The notes beneath the pieces were generated by a model. That model worked only from the letters and a program-made list of their open reading frames with translations. It had not been told where the DNA came from and did not search any database. A DNA stretch of 63,297 nt, the filler included. It is 9 parts of 9 records of this genome, joined end to end, with 100 filler letters (N's around TTAATTAATTAA, not from the genome) between each part and the next. Parts side by side here need not be neighbours in the genome. Positions count along the whole stretch, not along the records: positions 7,955 to 17,124 come from SRR2962707_1286; positions 17,225 to 26,322 come from SRR2962707_1293; 7 more parts are not named here. The stretch is one strand, 5' to 3'. Position numbers and translations under genes: made by a program. Positions 12,101 through 26,014 of the stretch are shown here, piece by piece. Every line of letters begins with the position of its first letter. The first letter of the stretch is position 1.

Positions 12101-15100
12101 AATCGAAGCCGCATGACGTCATATTTGTCGGAATCTTTAGCCTTCAAATATGGTTCCCAGGCCCGCCCGCCTAGCTTGACGAGCTTCGCTTGAATCTGTG
12201 TTCACACAATCGTGTGCATCAGTCTCCCAAAACAGCAAACAATACCAGGGTGCGGGCACGAGCAAAGGGAACAGCGTCTTCCTATGTGGTGTGCATCGCA
12301 GACGCAGAAGTCATGTGCCCGAGGAAACCACACACCTTTTTTTCTTGCTTTGCGGCGAGTTCCTTTGCTCGCTGAGGCGCACGACTGTGCTCATCAATGA
12401 GCTCCACCTCAGAGTCGCCGCAGTTTGGCGGCTCTACCTGTGATGCAGCTGAAAGCGCCTTGTTCGGAGTGTGTCTCGTGAGTCCCTTGTCTTTTTTCTC
12501 TCGCTCTTCCTCCCCATCCTTGTCAAGTTTTCCCTCTGATTCACTTTGAGTTTCGCCAGATTCCACATCTTTGGCAACGGATCCAGCAGGTTTGATGCTT
12601 CCAGCTTCAACGTCATGCTCTGAAGCAACTGGGAGAATTTGGTTGCGCCGGGTTGTGCGCGGCTTATTCGGCTTCGATTGTTGGCCAGAAGTTTGCGCAT
12701 GTGTTGATGTTGACGACGAGGATGTTTTCGTTGAAGTGAGTTCAGTCTTTGCCCCGGCCTGGCAAAGATGAGAGTGCATTCACATTGTGAAACATGATGC
12801 AGAGTTAAAACTAGACGTGCGAGAACTCGGGAGAAAGCACACGCTCAGTGTACAGCATTGGACGCAAACCTGCAGCTGCTTTAAATCTCGTAGGCTTGCT
12901 GTGAGTGAATGGCGGTTCGCAGCGATGCCGACACAAAAAAGCAGAAGAACTGCCGCCATGACTGCAGTGTTGATCGTGGGCATTGATAGCCATCCGTCAG
13001 AACAGCTCCAGCACTCGCCATGAAAAACTGTACGGTTGGCATCACACCCCGCGCACAACCACGAATGGTTTCGGTATCCACCATTGCAACTAGAACCCCC
13101 AAGACATCGATCTGATGGCCAACGGCAACCCATCAGCGGGCGTGTCTCAAAATTAAAATCGCCATCAATACAATTTGCAGAGGTGCTGCTACCGTGATAG
13201 CTCAACTGCTGAAGTGCTGCTCCACACACACAGCCACGGCAGTCGTGGCCAGCAGCTTCAAGTTCGTGACAAAATACCGACCCACCACTACGAAGGATGA
13301 CATCGTCGCAAGAGAGGCCATTCACCGCGTCACCAACTTGGCAGCCACCTGCTCCCACAGGCTGCTCAAAAAACCTGGAAGTCACGACAAACAAAAAAAC
13401 GTTAGGAATGATTCGAACGTATTCAATTCACTGCAGCTGCTGCACTATGAGAGCAACAGCCCGCTCCACACGGACGTCAAATGTGGTTCGCCAAAGACAG
13501 CAATGTCGAGCTTCTCACGAAATAGCCCCTCCCGTTGGGCTGGAATATCAGATCCTGTTACAAACGTGCCTTCGAGCTCTTCCTCCAACCACACACAATC
13601 AGTGCCTTCCGGGCACGGTGCACACTTCATTCCATACGGAGAAAAAGACCTCACAGAGCAAGGCAGGCATGCCTCTTGCTGCGCAATTCCAGCTTCAACG
13701 TTGGCGTCGGCCACCACCACGATATCGCTGCCACTGATGCAACGACGCTCGAAAAAATACCAAGATGCATTGCCACCATTCTCCACAGCAGAGCTCACAT
13801 TGCGGGTAAGAACATCGGCCGTGGTGTTTATCGTCAGCACAACGGCAGCGTAACCGTACTGAGAGCTAGGAAGCGTGCAGCGGGCCTCGTTGTCTGACAG
13901 CACTACGACATTGGTACAAGTTGCAGGTTCGTCCGACAGTGGAGCGGCCAGGGACCAAAACAGCACTGACAAATCATCACGAAACCCGTCGCCGAATAGG
14001 CTGACACGCTCGCCCCCTTGCATATGCGAGGCAGGTGGCGAGAACGAGCTCACCGACGGCTGCGCGTAGCAACGAACTCGAATGAAGTACGATGACACTG
14101 ACAAGGGATCAAGGTTGAGAGTCGAGTTATAGTGAGCATCCAACGAAGCCGCTACAACTTGAATCTAAAGACACGCATCAACACAAGCCGTAAGCCAAGA
14201 CCAAGCCGGTTGGAGTCAGATGTTGGTCCCCTTGAACAAGTGATGTTGAAAACACACCGTTGTCTCCATAAAGTCACCTTCGTGGCTGCACAGAGAAGTA
14301 TCTTGCAAAAAGTACACAACGCGGCGCGGCTCACTGAAGTTTTCAGGGGAAAATGTCAGTGAATCTGAGCCGTCTTGGAACAGTATGGCTGGTGTGTCCG
14401 CAAGTTTGCGACGGCTGGCAGTCAAGCCGACTGCTGAACTTTTTGATGTGAACGTCAAAGTAACATTTTCAAGCGGCGCATACGTCAGGGCGACCTGCAT
14501 TTGGCAAGTCTCGGTGTACGAGCATTGCGCGTATGTGTCGTTAAATTCGACGGTGTACCTGAAACAAGTGGGGGGCAGCATGCAAAGCGTCAATTAATTA
14601 GGAATTCTGAGCAACTGTTCAATAAACCATTGGGCAGTTCACATCATCCAATCCAGGCATTGAGGCAAATGTTCAACGTACACTTCGTCGCAAGCAGTGT
14701 TGTTGAGCGGGGCAAAGTCACCACCAGCATTGGTTTTGTTTGCAGGACAAGGTTCGCATTCGTAGTTGACAACATGTTCATCAATGCCACAAATCGTCGG
14801 CATGCACGTGGTTACGTCCGGGTTGCCATCCGCCGGTGCAAGATGATACCTACGTTTTGCAAACGAAAATGGTGCTCGTGTAAAGCTGACAAACTCAACA
14901 ACCCGCACTCTCAAGACTACCACGGACACACAGTCATGTCATACCCAGGAGCACAACGAGTGCACTCTGTCTTTGAGTCACACTCTAAACACGCCGGTGT
15001 AATAACTTCGGCACAACTGTCGCACTCCGTAGCATCGCGAGAGGCATAATCGCCTGCGTCGCGTGTGGTCCCGACAGCGCACGGCGCGCAAACATGAAAT

Positions 15101-17124
15101 GGCAGCACGTAATGGTTTTTCTCGCAAATAATCTCGTCGCAAGAAGTTTTTGAGAACGCCGCATCATCGCCAGCGTCATTGCGCATGCCGGGTGCACAGT
15201 CGTAGCACGCGTGGGCCAAAACATACTGATCTTCGGCGCAAAGAATATGATCGCATTCTTTGTTCTCATGCGCCATTGCATTGTAACTGCACGCGTCCAT
15301 CCAAGTAAACAATCCGTGAGTGACTCAAGGGCATAATCAGCGGATTCAAATACAGAAAGCGATCTTCACCTCACACGAGTGAGAAGCGGAGAAACGTACC
15401 CGCCGCCTGTATTTTTTGTTCCCGGAGCGCATGCCGCACAGGCATGGTCCACAACTTGCTGATTGCGACCACATATGGTGGGAATGCATTCGGTTCCAGG
15501 AGCAAATGTAGCATTGTCGCCGGCTGGGCGCGTTGATCCTGGAGGGCATGGCTGGCAAAAATCGACGTTGTCGAGTCCATTGGCAGCAGCATAACTGTGA
15601 TTGACGACAAACTCGTTGGCGCCACACACAACGACGCTGCATTCGGTATTACCGCCTTCAGAAGCAGGGATGCTCGCGTCATCGCCAGCTTCACGCGTTG
15701 TACCAGGCAAACACGCAACGCAGCTTTGATTGACCACATGTTCATCGTATTGACATAGCAGCGGAAGGCAAGTTGTGTAGCCCACGGCAGAAGTGAAGAA
15801 TGGTTCGCTGGCAAACTGTCCCCAAGCGTCCCCAAGGCTAGTTGCACTTGCAAAAGAAGCAGAGGAAATCGCATTAGGCCCGTAGGCATGTGGAACTCGG
15901 GACGTGAGGGTGTTCCATGAAAAATTTTGCCACCCAGCGGAACACACGCATGTCCGATTACGGTCTGGGGCGCGATTGTCGAAACAAGTAGCTTGTGGAT
16001 CCCCGTTTTCTCTGCAAGGCAGGGACTGCCGAATTTTCCACGTCGTGTGGTTAACGGTACCATTAGAGGGCAGCTCCGTCGAAGTTTCGTTGAATGTCGA
16101 AACAAAGGCAGTGCAGGCATCAAACTCCACGCAGGATCCGCGATCTTCATTCGAAAAGTTGGTCGAAGGATTGAATTTTCCCACGGGGCACTCGGAGCAG
16201 TCATGATTTTCGACAAAGTACCGTCCAGTGCACAATCGCGGGACACATTCTGTGTTCGGACCTGTTGAGTCATCAGACCCTACCAAAGAAAGTAGAACAT
16301 TGCAATGAAAAGTTAGTTCATCCACAAAAAACAATCATCGGGACAAGTCCTAACGTAAAAAATACTCCAATAGCTCTCAAGCTACGTACCCGCGTTGTAA
16401 AATCCGTGTGTGGTGTTGCACGGCTGGCACGTATGATTGACAACATGTTCATCAACCGCACAGAATATGTGTTGGCACTCAGTATTCCCTTGATGTGTTG
16501 CATCACCAGCAGGTCGAACTGAACCTGGAATGCAGGTGGTGCACGTTCCATTCACAACGTGCTCGTTCTCGGCACATACTGTGTACCTATGATCGTACAA
16601 GAGAGCAATCAACGCAATTCAACACTGGGCGCGGAAAAAGTCAGAACCGAGCATCGGGCGCTGCGCGGGACGTACGCGCAAGCAACAACAATGTCGCTCC
16701 CTGCCCCTTCTACTGCTTCCATTGCCGCCGTGAAATTTTGCACGAATGAGGAATCGAACGGGTCATTCACACGAAGCGTCCGCGAGCTAAAACCTGTACG
16801 ATTGCAGGCACAATCGTATCCGATGCTCTCCACATCTCGGTCAATACAAGTTGCAAGCAAATCTCCCCACGTTGAGGCACAGAGATTGTGTCCCTCGCAG
16901 TAGTCCCGGTTGCCGCAGGTAAGAAATTGCTCAGCATCATACCTAAGTAAATCGCGGATTGGCAAAGAACGAGATCAACGGAGATTTTGACAATCAAACA
17001 CGCGCAAAAATGACAAAACGAGCACGTGCTTTCGCAGAGCAGTGTGCGGAGCAGTGTGTAGGGCAATGCAAAGCAGTGCAAATACATTTGCCAGCACAAG
17101 TGCACATACTCCAGAAAGCCCGCC
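9111..17124 (-). CDS. Very large cell-surface multipass membrane protein (Cys-rich repeats, EGF-like modules, IPT/TIG domain, multi-TM region, C-terminal coiled coil); 5'-truncated
   Basis: Nine C-x2-[ND]EHVV-x2-C-x2-C-x-PG-x4-GD repeats, two EGF-like modules, and an IPT-like segment (PSVSSFSPPASHMQGGERVSLFGDGF..CTLP). Hydrophobic helices include FVILKLLITHVQY, VFAC...DPSAQCY and LHIKVQPYRAPFLN. The spliced coiled-coil tail ends at TAA 9111-9113. Confidence 0.8.
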
Positions 17125-17224
17125 NNNNNNNNNNNNNNNNNNNNNNNNNNNNNNNNNNNNNNNNNNNNTTAATTAATTAANNNNNNNNNNNNNNNNNNNN
17201 NNNNNNNNNNNNNNNNNNNNNNNN
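17125..17224. other. Artificial contig linker
   Basis: 44N-TTAATTAATTAA-44N. Confidence 0.99.
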
Positions 17225-17342
17225 CCCCCCCCCCCCCCCCCCCCACACACAAGACAGTCAGGCCGTGGCTGTCTTCAGGCCACTCGAAGAATCGTATCTT
17301 CGTATCTTCAATCGTGGCATTCGAATCGTAGCGCCTGTCAAA

Positions 17343-18628
17343 ATGCTGCAACGCAGGCAATGCCGACGCCAACTTCTGCCGTCACTGGCGGCGCAGGTGG
17401 CACTTCTGCTGGCGCTGTTGCTATCCAACCACACCGTGGACGTTGTGGTGGGCTTGAAAGCCTACGGCCACGCATACAGTCGCCCTAACGACTTCACAGC
17501 AGATCAATTCGCTCAAATAGCCGCATCTTTTCCTTTGTTTACAGTGGAGAAGGCGCACGCTGCAAGTGTTTACGGAAATGCGTCTGCTCCACCACCGTTC
17601 GCCACCAACTCGTGGGCTGCGTCTGTGGGCACAGCGAGAAAGATCAAGTCGCTCAACGAGAGCGTGCAAGTCCTTATGTATTGGAACGCTGCCCTGCACT
17701 TCAACTTCTACGAGTGTGAGCAGGAGGTGCAAGAGTCGTGGCTGCAGCCAAACAACAACCCACACAAAACAGTGAGGGAGTACAACTACAGCGTCCCTGC
17801 GTTCCGTGAATGGTGGGTGCGTTGCGCGGTTGACTCTGTGCGCAATAGCAGCGGGGCATTGGACGGGCTGTTCTTGGACGCGACTCCGAAAGTAGCCGTG
17901 GACGGGCCTGAGGCGCTCGCACACTGGGGCGTGATGGTGGATGCCATTCGTGCAGCGCTGCCACCTAACGCCATTACTGTCGACAACGGATTCTTTCTCC
18001 AAAGCGAATCCTCTCGTTTAGCTGGACTCACCGAATGGAACCACAGTAGAACTGCGTATGTTGAGTCGCTGGCTAGTGCAGGCGATGACCCACGGCTGTC
18101 CATTGAAGAGTCGATTGACATGCTTGTTTGGCTGTCAAACTCCTCGGCTCGTGCTCAGCTCGAGACCCATAGCATGGCGATTATTGGCCACGGTACGCTC
18201 GATCTGCCGCCGTTCAGCGCCCAAAGCAATGCCAGCTTTCTTTTTGGCCTTGCCAAATTTTTGTTGGTGGCTAATCTAGCCAGTGACGGCGCGGGCGCGG
18301 ACAACGCTTACTTTCTTGCCAATAACGGCTACTCCATCGACGATGGGCTGCTGGCCCAGCCCTTTTTTGAAGACGTCTACACTGCAGACAACGCAGGATG
18401 TGGATATCCGAACTCCTCATACTTTTATGCAGTGCCGAGCGTTGCAGGAGGTTTGTTGGCGCTTGGCCATGCGAGGCATTATTCTGTCCGCCACAGCTTT
18501 TTTTTCACATTGCGCATTTTGATTTGCACGCCACAGGAAGTTCGTCCCACGTCTTTCGCCGCGACTTCAATCGCGGTTTTGTGTCAGTTGACATGGACAA
18601 TCAAGTAGGCGTTGTCAAGTGCGCGTGA
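17343..18628 (+). CDS. Secreted glycoside hydrolase, GHL15/GH168 (endo-fucanase)-like
   Basis: Signal-like LAAQVALLLALLL, then FTVEKAHA, ARKIKSLNESVQVLMYWN, YNYSVPAFREWW, DGLFLDA and FGLAKFLL. After one intron (about 18451-18536) comes VFRRDFNRGFVSVD. Confidence 0.78.
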
Positions 18629-18797
18629 ACAGCTCATGTTTTTTCGGGCTACACGCGCTACGTTTGCGACCCACAATTGGTGATTCCGTCGCTAACAGAG
18701 ATTGGACCGTTGCACAAGGTGTCGTTCTCAACCTCTTCACATGTAAATTATCAATTTTGTGTTGCGGACGCCGCTAGGGCGCCATCAACTCCCGCGC

Positions 18798-21700
18798 TCA
18801 TTCAGATTTCGTTTTATTCGTCACAACAGACACTGGATTTTCTTCATGGGCATCCGCGTCTGTCAATGCACTGCTTGCAACTCGTTGCTTGGCGGCGATG
18901 CGAAGGTGCCAGCCGTGCAGTGTCGTGGGAACCCGAGCCCAAAAATTGCGCATGAGTCGGCGAAGCACGCTCGGTGGTGTCTTTGAGTCATCGTCGTCAT
19001 CGTCGGTTTCGTCACCATCGGGGTCTCCAGTTACAGGGTGTGTTGTCTTGCGGGGTCGAGTTTCTGTCTCAACTATGACAGGACGCCCGAAGGCTTTCAT
19101 CAGTTTGCAGTACAGTAGGAACCTGGCAAAGGCAGTTGCGAAGTCACGTCACCCAATCAGGAAAACAAAGGCGAATGAACGCGCGCTGGGGTGAGCAAAG
19201 CCACGATGACGTACACTGCTCCGGCAATGGGCCTGCGATGCTCCATTGGAATGAAGAAAAAGTAGATTCCAGCCAGGAAGCAGAACGAGCGCCATGGGAG
19301 CACAAGAAGTCCAACATATCTGCGACAAACCAGCAGCAACGGCAGTGTTGGAGATATTGTGTTGCCGGGAGAATGAACGAGGATTGATTTCAAAAAATCA
19401 TCAGCGCGCGTACACAAGAATGAGGGCCAACGACAGTGTTGTGCACGCGATTGCCGCCACAGTTGACGCCTACGACGCAATCATGAACGATAAGAAACGG
19501 CACACGGTCAGGGCAACAATTTAGCGCACCAGCGAGAATGTGGGCCGCGTATTCAAAACACCACTTCCACGCACCCAGGGATCGTGCCAGGCAATGAGGG
19601 CTTCGACTTTCTCGACAGCTGTCACAACTCGGAGCAGAAACACCTGTAGCGGTCCTACAAATGACTGCAACATTTTCAGTCGCTGCAGAAGTGGAGCCTG
19701 CTTGGCGACCTCGTCTCGCCAGATGCCCAGCTCATCCAGCCACAAGGCGTCAGTGACTGGTACATCCTGGTCCACGCCGGCGCCCAGTGTGCCCTCAGCA
19801 CTTGCAACATCCGAGTCCTTGCTACGTTGGGCGGCCGCCCTTGCCCTGCGTTTCGCACGGAAATCGCGGAGACGATCGCCAACACGCGGCTTCTGTAGTG
19901 GCGGCGGTGGGCCCGGAAGCCCGCCTCTCTCCTTACTTGGCGGCGGTGGCAGCACCGAGGCAGGCGTGGCTTCTGCCACTGCTTCAGCCTCTTCATCATC
20001 TTCCGCGGTCCAGCTAAATAAAATGACACAATTTGCAAGTCAGCGGTAGGTCAACTCACAAGCAACGGCTGACGTCCAACATGTCCGTCTGTGACAAAAC
20101 AAGAGGTAAAATGAAATTGTGCACACCCGCAAATCCCACGGTGCTGAGCTTCGTGCACAAGCCTCTGATTGTGCGCGGCGGCCAGAAAGCCAATTATTCC
20201 CCAGCATAGTGAGCCAACCAGTGGCCATGTGACCACGGGGGCCCACAGTGTCACGATGGTATGAGCAACGAGCAACCCTGCCGAGCGTGATGGTCGAGAC
20301 CAACTGCGCACAGCTTCGGCGGCCGTACTCAGAGCACTGGCTCGTGACATGACACCCTTCATTCGGGCAAAAAACTCGCGAATATGCGGGACCTGTGGGA
20401 GCAATCAGCAAATTCGCATGTGTGACTATTGCAATTCATGATGCGCCGAGCATCCCTTGATTTTGCCCCCAAAAGACTGACCTCAAAGTTTGTCGGGATT
20501 CCAAAGTCATTGGACCTGGGAGCAATCAACTCGACGGCAAAAGCGTCTTCGCCAGTAGAAGGGGTAGTCGTGAGGGTTCGCCGCTGTAAAAATTTCTGAC
20601 CGTCCACACCATTGGGCACCTGATGCAAAGCCACAACGTAAACAGCACGCCAATTCAAAGCCAGCGCTGTCACGAGGCACGCTCGAGTGAGCACAAACAT
20701 GGCTATTGAGAGCAAATTCCCGGCGCCCGAGGGACATACTGCTGCGTGGTTGGCTCGTTGTTCCTGGCGACGGCGGGCCTCTGCTGCATTGGTCGAAAAA
20801 CCTTCGTCTCCCTGGACAATCCCGGTTTGTGGGGAAAAGTGGCATTCATCGGCAAAGTAGCTTTGCATAATGCGCATGGGTGAACTTTTTACAACAGCTT
20901 CAAGTTTGGCCTGAAGCATGACAACCGCAAATACCAATCGCATGGTTGCAGACGATGGGTAGTACAGTCGAACAAACGAAATTTTGGACAAGCCAACTCA
21001 GTGCCGAAGGCACACCTTCCAGCCCCCAGTTGCCTGTGCAAGAGCTTCTTTGGGATACTCATTCGTAGGATAAAAATTTGTGTTCAGCAGTAAGCGCCCA
21101 GCGTGTGCAGGTTCGTCAGCTTTTGGCCGCACCATGCAAGCCTGGGCATTGCAGTAACCAGCTCAGCCAGTGGATTCGAATCGATACCCTTGCTCAGCAA
21201 AAATTAAAAAGCAAAACACGAACCAATCGATTGTTATGCGCCGACGATCGAAATTTGTGCTGGCTTTCATCCAAAGGGAAGAGCCGGTACCTAGAAAAGC
21301 ACCGAAGTGCAAAAATTGATGAACCATGGAGGGGAAGCAAAAATAATGCACGAGTCGCAACGGCGCGCAACAATGAACACACCATGTGCTTTGTGTAGAG
21401 TTTGGGGACGCGTACAGTCCTCCAAAAAAAGTCGAGACGGGAATGATGACCTGCCACACAAGCACAACCGGATAACAAGCGAGGCGGGGAAACTCCTGGC
21501 CGGCATGACGCGCACAAAACAAATCGCAAGTCTCGAGCAAAAGGCGTGCCTGGCCGATACAGGTGGACTTGTCTACCGTGAACACCTGCAATTGTACGTC
21601 TTGAGTAACATCGGTGATCGGCACGCGGAAATGGCGTCCACCAGACCAGCAAAAGTTGTCGCGCGCCCCCACCGACTCGGTCCAATATCTGAATCAGTGA

Positions 21701-24700
21701 GGAAGGGGCACTAGTGATGCATCGAAGGGCATGGACGTTGACACCATGCAGGGCATGAACGTGGACACCATGCGATAACAGGATGTCTGTACTCACACTA
21801 CTCCGCAGTGAGACACCATGACAAACAACTCTGTGTGCCCGACTTTCGGACTGCATGCACCAAAAGACACCCAACCGACACCCACATTCTATGAGATGCG
21901 TAGCGCTTCAGCAAAACTATGCCACGTTCAAGCACACACCAAGTGGAAACTGCAGTGAGCTCACCCGAGTTTGTCTAAGCGCGCGACGTCCACTTCAAGA
22001 ATTCCAAGGATTTTGGGTTGCAACAGCACGCTTAAGCGGCTGCCCGTTCCACTTTCACCAGCATTTGGATTTTCGCGAATTGATGATGCTGCATCAACAC
22101 CCTTGGTACGCACGACCTGTTTTTGTTCTGGCGCAGGAGACGAAGAGGTTCCAGACCCAGCAGCACCCTCACCACCCCCTGTTGCCCTTTGCACTTTGTT
22201 GTGAACAATATTGTCGACAACCTTGGCCAAACTTTTTGACACGAGGCTTCGACTCGACACAGGAGACGTCCAATGAAAAGCAGCCTGACAAACAATACGA
22301 CCGCGCAAATAAGAGCAGCGAACTACACTCATGAAGCGTTTGCGCGTCAAAAAGTGCCGAAGGGGTCGACTGCTACCTCGCAAAAGGCTGGTTCTTCAAG
22401 AATAGTTACTTTGTCGTTTAGACCGCTGGTGTTTGTGCCACCACTGTCGGCCTGTGAACAGTGTTTTCCACAGTACTGTCATGAAACGAAGATGCGCGCG
22501 CACAACAGCACTGTGTGAACGAAAACCGCACACATCGTACCTTTACAGGGCTTTTAAATAAATTGCCAATCTTTCTTGTGGCTCTACCCACCTGTTCCAA
22601 AAGGAGCAATTGTGCATAGTGGAGGATAAGTCACGGATCTTACAGCGCTCACAGCAGTTCTTGACGACAGCATCGCTGCTTACGAAAAGGGTAAACCGAG
22701 ACATCAGCGTCAAGGCATTGTTGCTGAGATTGCGACGGAGGCTGAAGTCTCGTTGAAGCAGTTTAGGCGCCTCCGCAGAAGGGCCAGCTGTCACAATCAT
22801 CGACAATGTGCTCTCGAATTCTCCGGATCCAGACCACTTCCAAGTGAGGCGAGGATCGTTGCCTGTGTTCACGAAACCATACGCATCATGGTTTTGTTCA
22901 ACGCACAAGAACACGCAACAGCAGCATACACACCTTCGAGCAAGCTTGTGAGCAAGCTCCAATCCGTGGTAAAAGCACCGGGTTGGGTTCCAAGCACACC
23001 TGCAACAAAAAACAACATCAAACTCCACGAGCTCCACCCTCCGTGTTGTGGCAGCACCGGCAGATTTGGATAAGCACATACCGCCATGGACGCTGTCACG
23101 CTTGAGAATTTTAAATTTGTACACCTCACGAAACCACACCCGTGTGGTTCGTTCATTTCGGAAAGTTTCGGGAGTGATCTGAAGGTACATTTTCGTGTGC
23201 AGAAGCAAACCCTTGACAGCTTGTTTCCTGCAGCACCAGGGCATAGCAATTGGAATCATTTGTTGATTCAAACGTTTCACCGCAGTTTGCAACACATCAA
23301 GACGTATGCAGCCGTTGACTCACTCCACAAAATTGCGAGTGAATGCATCGTAGAACCCATCTGATACGCGAAGGGATTCTTTGTCAACGACCCAAACGCC
23401 GTCCAAATTGGGACGTAGACAAGCCTGTGGTGATTGCACTTCAACAGTCCCAGCGTGTGGCGGTGGCTGCACAACCAAACATATGGTTCTTGATATGTTA
23501 ATTTCGAAGGGCGGGCCCAGAACACAGTTGAGGGAGCGGAACACCACAATACAAATTTCTGACTACAACGGAACAGTAAAACGGGAAGGCATCAGCTGAC
23601 CATTTTTTCTCCAGTCCGTTCAAGAACAGCATCTTCCTGTGCGCGAGTTGACCCTTCCATAGTTCGAGCAGCTTCACGTGGTGTTTCCGTTGAGATTTCG
23701 CGAGCAACATTCACATCTGTTGCTGCGGCCACAGGAGTCTTAGATGCGATGTTCTATCGCAGACAACGGAAGACAAATTGCCAAAATCATATAAATGGTA
23801 TGTTGACGTAATTGAACGGAGACACAAGAAGCAATTCGTGCACATGCCGTGTCCTGTTGTCGCACGGGGAGCTCAACACACTGAGCTTCATTGTTATTAT
23901 TTTGGGTGACAGCATGCTCGAGCTCACCGTCAGCCTAAACGACATCGGTTCGTCGACACACAGAATGAAAGAGTCAGCCTAAACGGAATCCCTTCATGAG
24001 GGCTGCGCTGCCAGTTAAGAAGTGACATTGACGAGCAGGCACGACTGCTCGCAACCTGTGCGTCTTCCGAAACTTTTTGAGAAGCAATTCTTGCCGTTGT
24101 GGCGGCTGCAAAAGCAGCCAGGCTTTCACCCTCATCTTGATCGTGAGGCTCCTCGTACTTTCGGCCAGTGTCCTCTTCGTCATCGCTGAATAGAACTTCG
24201 TCTTCACTGTCCGCAGCGCTGTCAAGCGCCTAACAACAGGACGTGCATGTCACAGTCATCATGAGAGTGTGAGCATGCGCTCTGCAATAAGCACAACGAA
24301 CGAGTGTGGCAAAAAAGCAAACCTGTATTGGGACATGGCCAGCCTTGGGGTTTGCAGCGTTGAAGACTATTCCTCCGTCCCCTGACACTCGGCGACCTAC
24401 AAAAATAGCATGAGGCATGCGTCACAGTCTTGAGCAGTACACCACACACGCTTGTGTCGCCGCGCAATGCGTCCTGGCGCAAAACGTACAAAAGAGCTGC
24501 ATTTGGGTGCCATCGGGAGCGCGACTAACAATTTCGAGCGCCCCATTTTTGAATGAGAACAACTCAACTTCTTGTTTTGCGCCAGCGCGCCCTCCGACGT
24601 CTACGAAATGCTCATTGGCGAACACAAAAGCGGCCTGGACGCAGGCACACGGATCAAGGCAAAAACGGGCCCAGTAACACGCCCAATTCGTCAACCAGCG

Positions 24701-26014
24701 TGCGCAACGGTCGCGGTTGTCAGCTGAAGCAAAATTGCACAAGCATTCAAAGTGTTGAAATCACCTCATTGGGGTCGACGCGGCCGACACCCGACCCAGC
24801 ATCCTCTGAAAAAAGAATGTCGTGCAAGCTGCCTCCTTTGGAGCGACCACTGGTGCTGACATTTCCAGATTCTTCAGCTTGGAGCATCTTTGGCTGAAAC
24901 CAAGCGTCGGAGTTGGACCCGTCAAGCACTCCTTCTGGATCTTGAGACCAAAATCCAGCGGTAAGAAGGCCTCCGCGTATAATTGTCGATCGTCTGCAAC
25001 CCGTAATCAATTCAACATACGCTCGAATGAATGGCGGACACTCGGAGTCACAATCGAAGCGGACGCACACGCGAAACAAACACAAAGCTAAAAAAGCGCA
25101 CTTTCGAAGCTGCCGCCTCACGGATACAGTGTGCTTCAAAGTCGTTACTTTGACCAATGTGCGAATGATGATCTCATCTCGATACTGCGAAATGTGGAGC
25201 CGAAAACCTTTGGATATGGCCCGCTTTTCAATGATTCGGCGAACTGGATTGGCCTTGATGGCTCTTTGGAACGCGCCCAGGCCAACAATCTCCGCAGACT
25301 TCCACATTCCCGAAATCCATGACGCAGGTTGGTACCTAACGAGCATCGTCATAACATTCACTTGCAAGGCGAGGAGGCAAGCGCATGCACAGCACAAAGT
25401 GGTCAGTGTCTCGAGCAGCGCACACCAACACGACTCACTGTAGCAATTCGTTCTTCACGGAAAGAATAGAATGGCGCAGCACCAAAGAGAACGCGGACGC
25501 ATCACTGGACTTTTCAAATCCAACAGCCTTTGGGAGCAACACCATTGCAACAAACACCAAACAGACGACTTCAACCACACAAAAGAAGACACAATATCCA
25601 GGATCCAAGGCCGTCAATGACGCAACACGCAAACAAGCGAACCAGAGTTGATGTCGGATTCCGAACTTCGACGCAGCATGAGTCGACCAAGGGATGAGGC
25701 AGCGGAACTTTGGGCGCAGCCATTGCTTCGAAATTGTCGCAGTCGAGCACGTCAGTCGACACATCAAGTATATACGTGTCCTTCGCCATCATGGCTGGAA
25801 TCGATGACACGGACGACGGAGTCAGCGCCTTGCTCGAGACAACGACTGCGAGTTGTTGCCGCTGTTGCGCGTCTTCTTCGTCGCTGGCCGCAGCGCCGGG
25901 AGGCAACGAGGAGTCGAAGCATGCGCGTACGATGTACACGAAGCGAATGGCCCATTGGTTGCGACGTGAACTTACAGATTGCACAGGGCCCGGCGACGAG
26001 TAGATCACTTGCAT
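18798..26014 (-). CDS. Large MCTP-like protein: C2 domain + PRT_C transmembrane region, with START-like and PH-like segments upstream; many exons
   Basis: C2-like ILGILEVDV...FRVPITDVTQDVQLQVFTVDKSTCIGQARL. PRT_C-like LQVFLLRVVTAVEKVEALIAWHDPW and terminal FWARVPT. Exons link in frame across 22.7-22.3 kb. Not every junction was traced. Confidence 0.65.

Noticed and set aside
21727-21774. Two-copy 24-nt tandem repeat (gggcatggacgttgacaccatgca)
   Set aside because: Only two copies, no spacers, and probably intronic. It is not CRISPR or a recognisable element.
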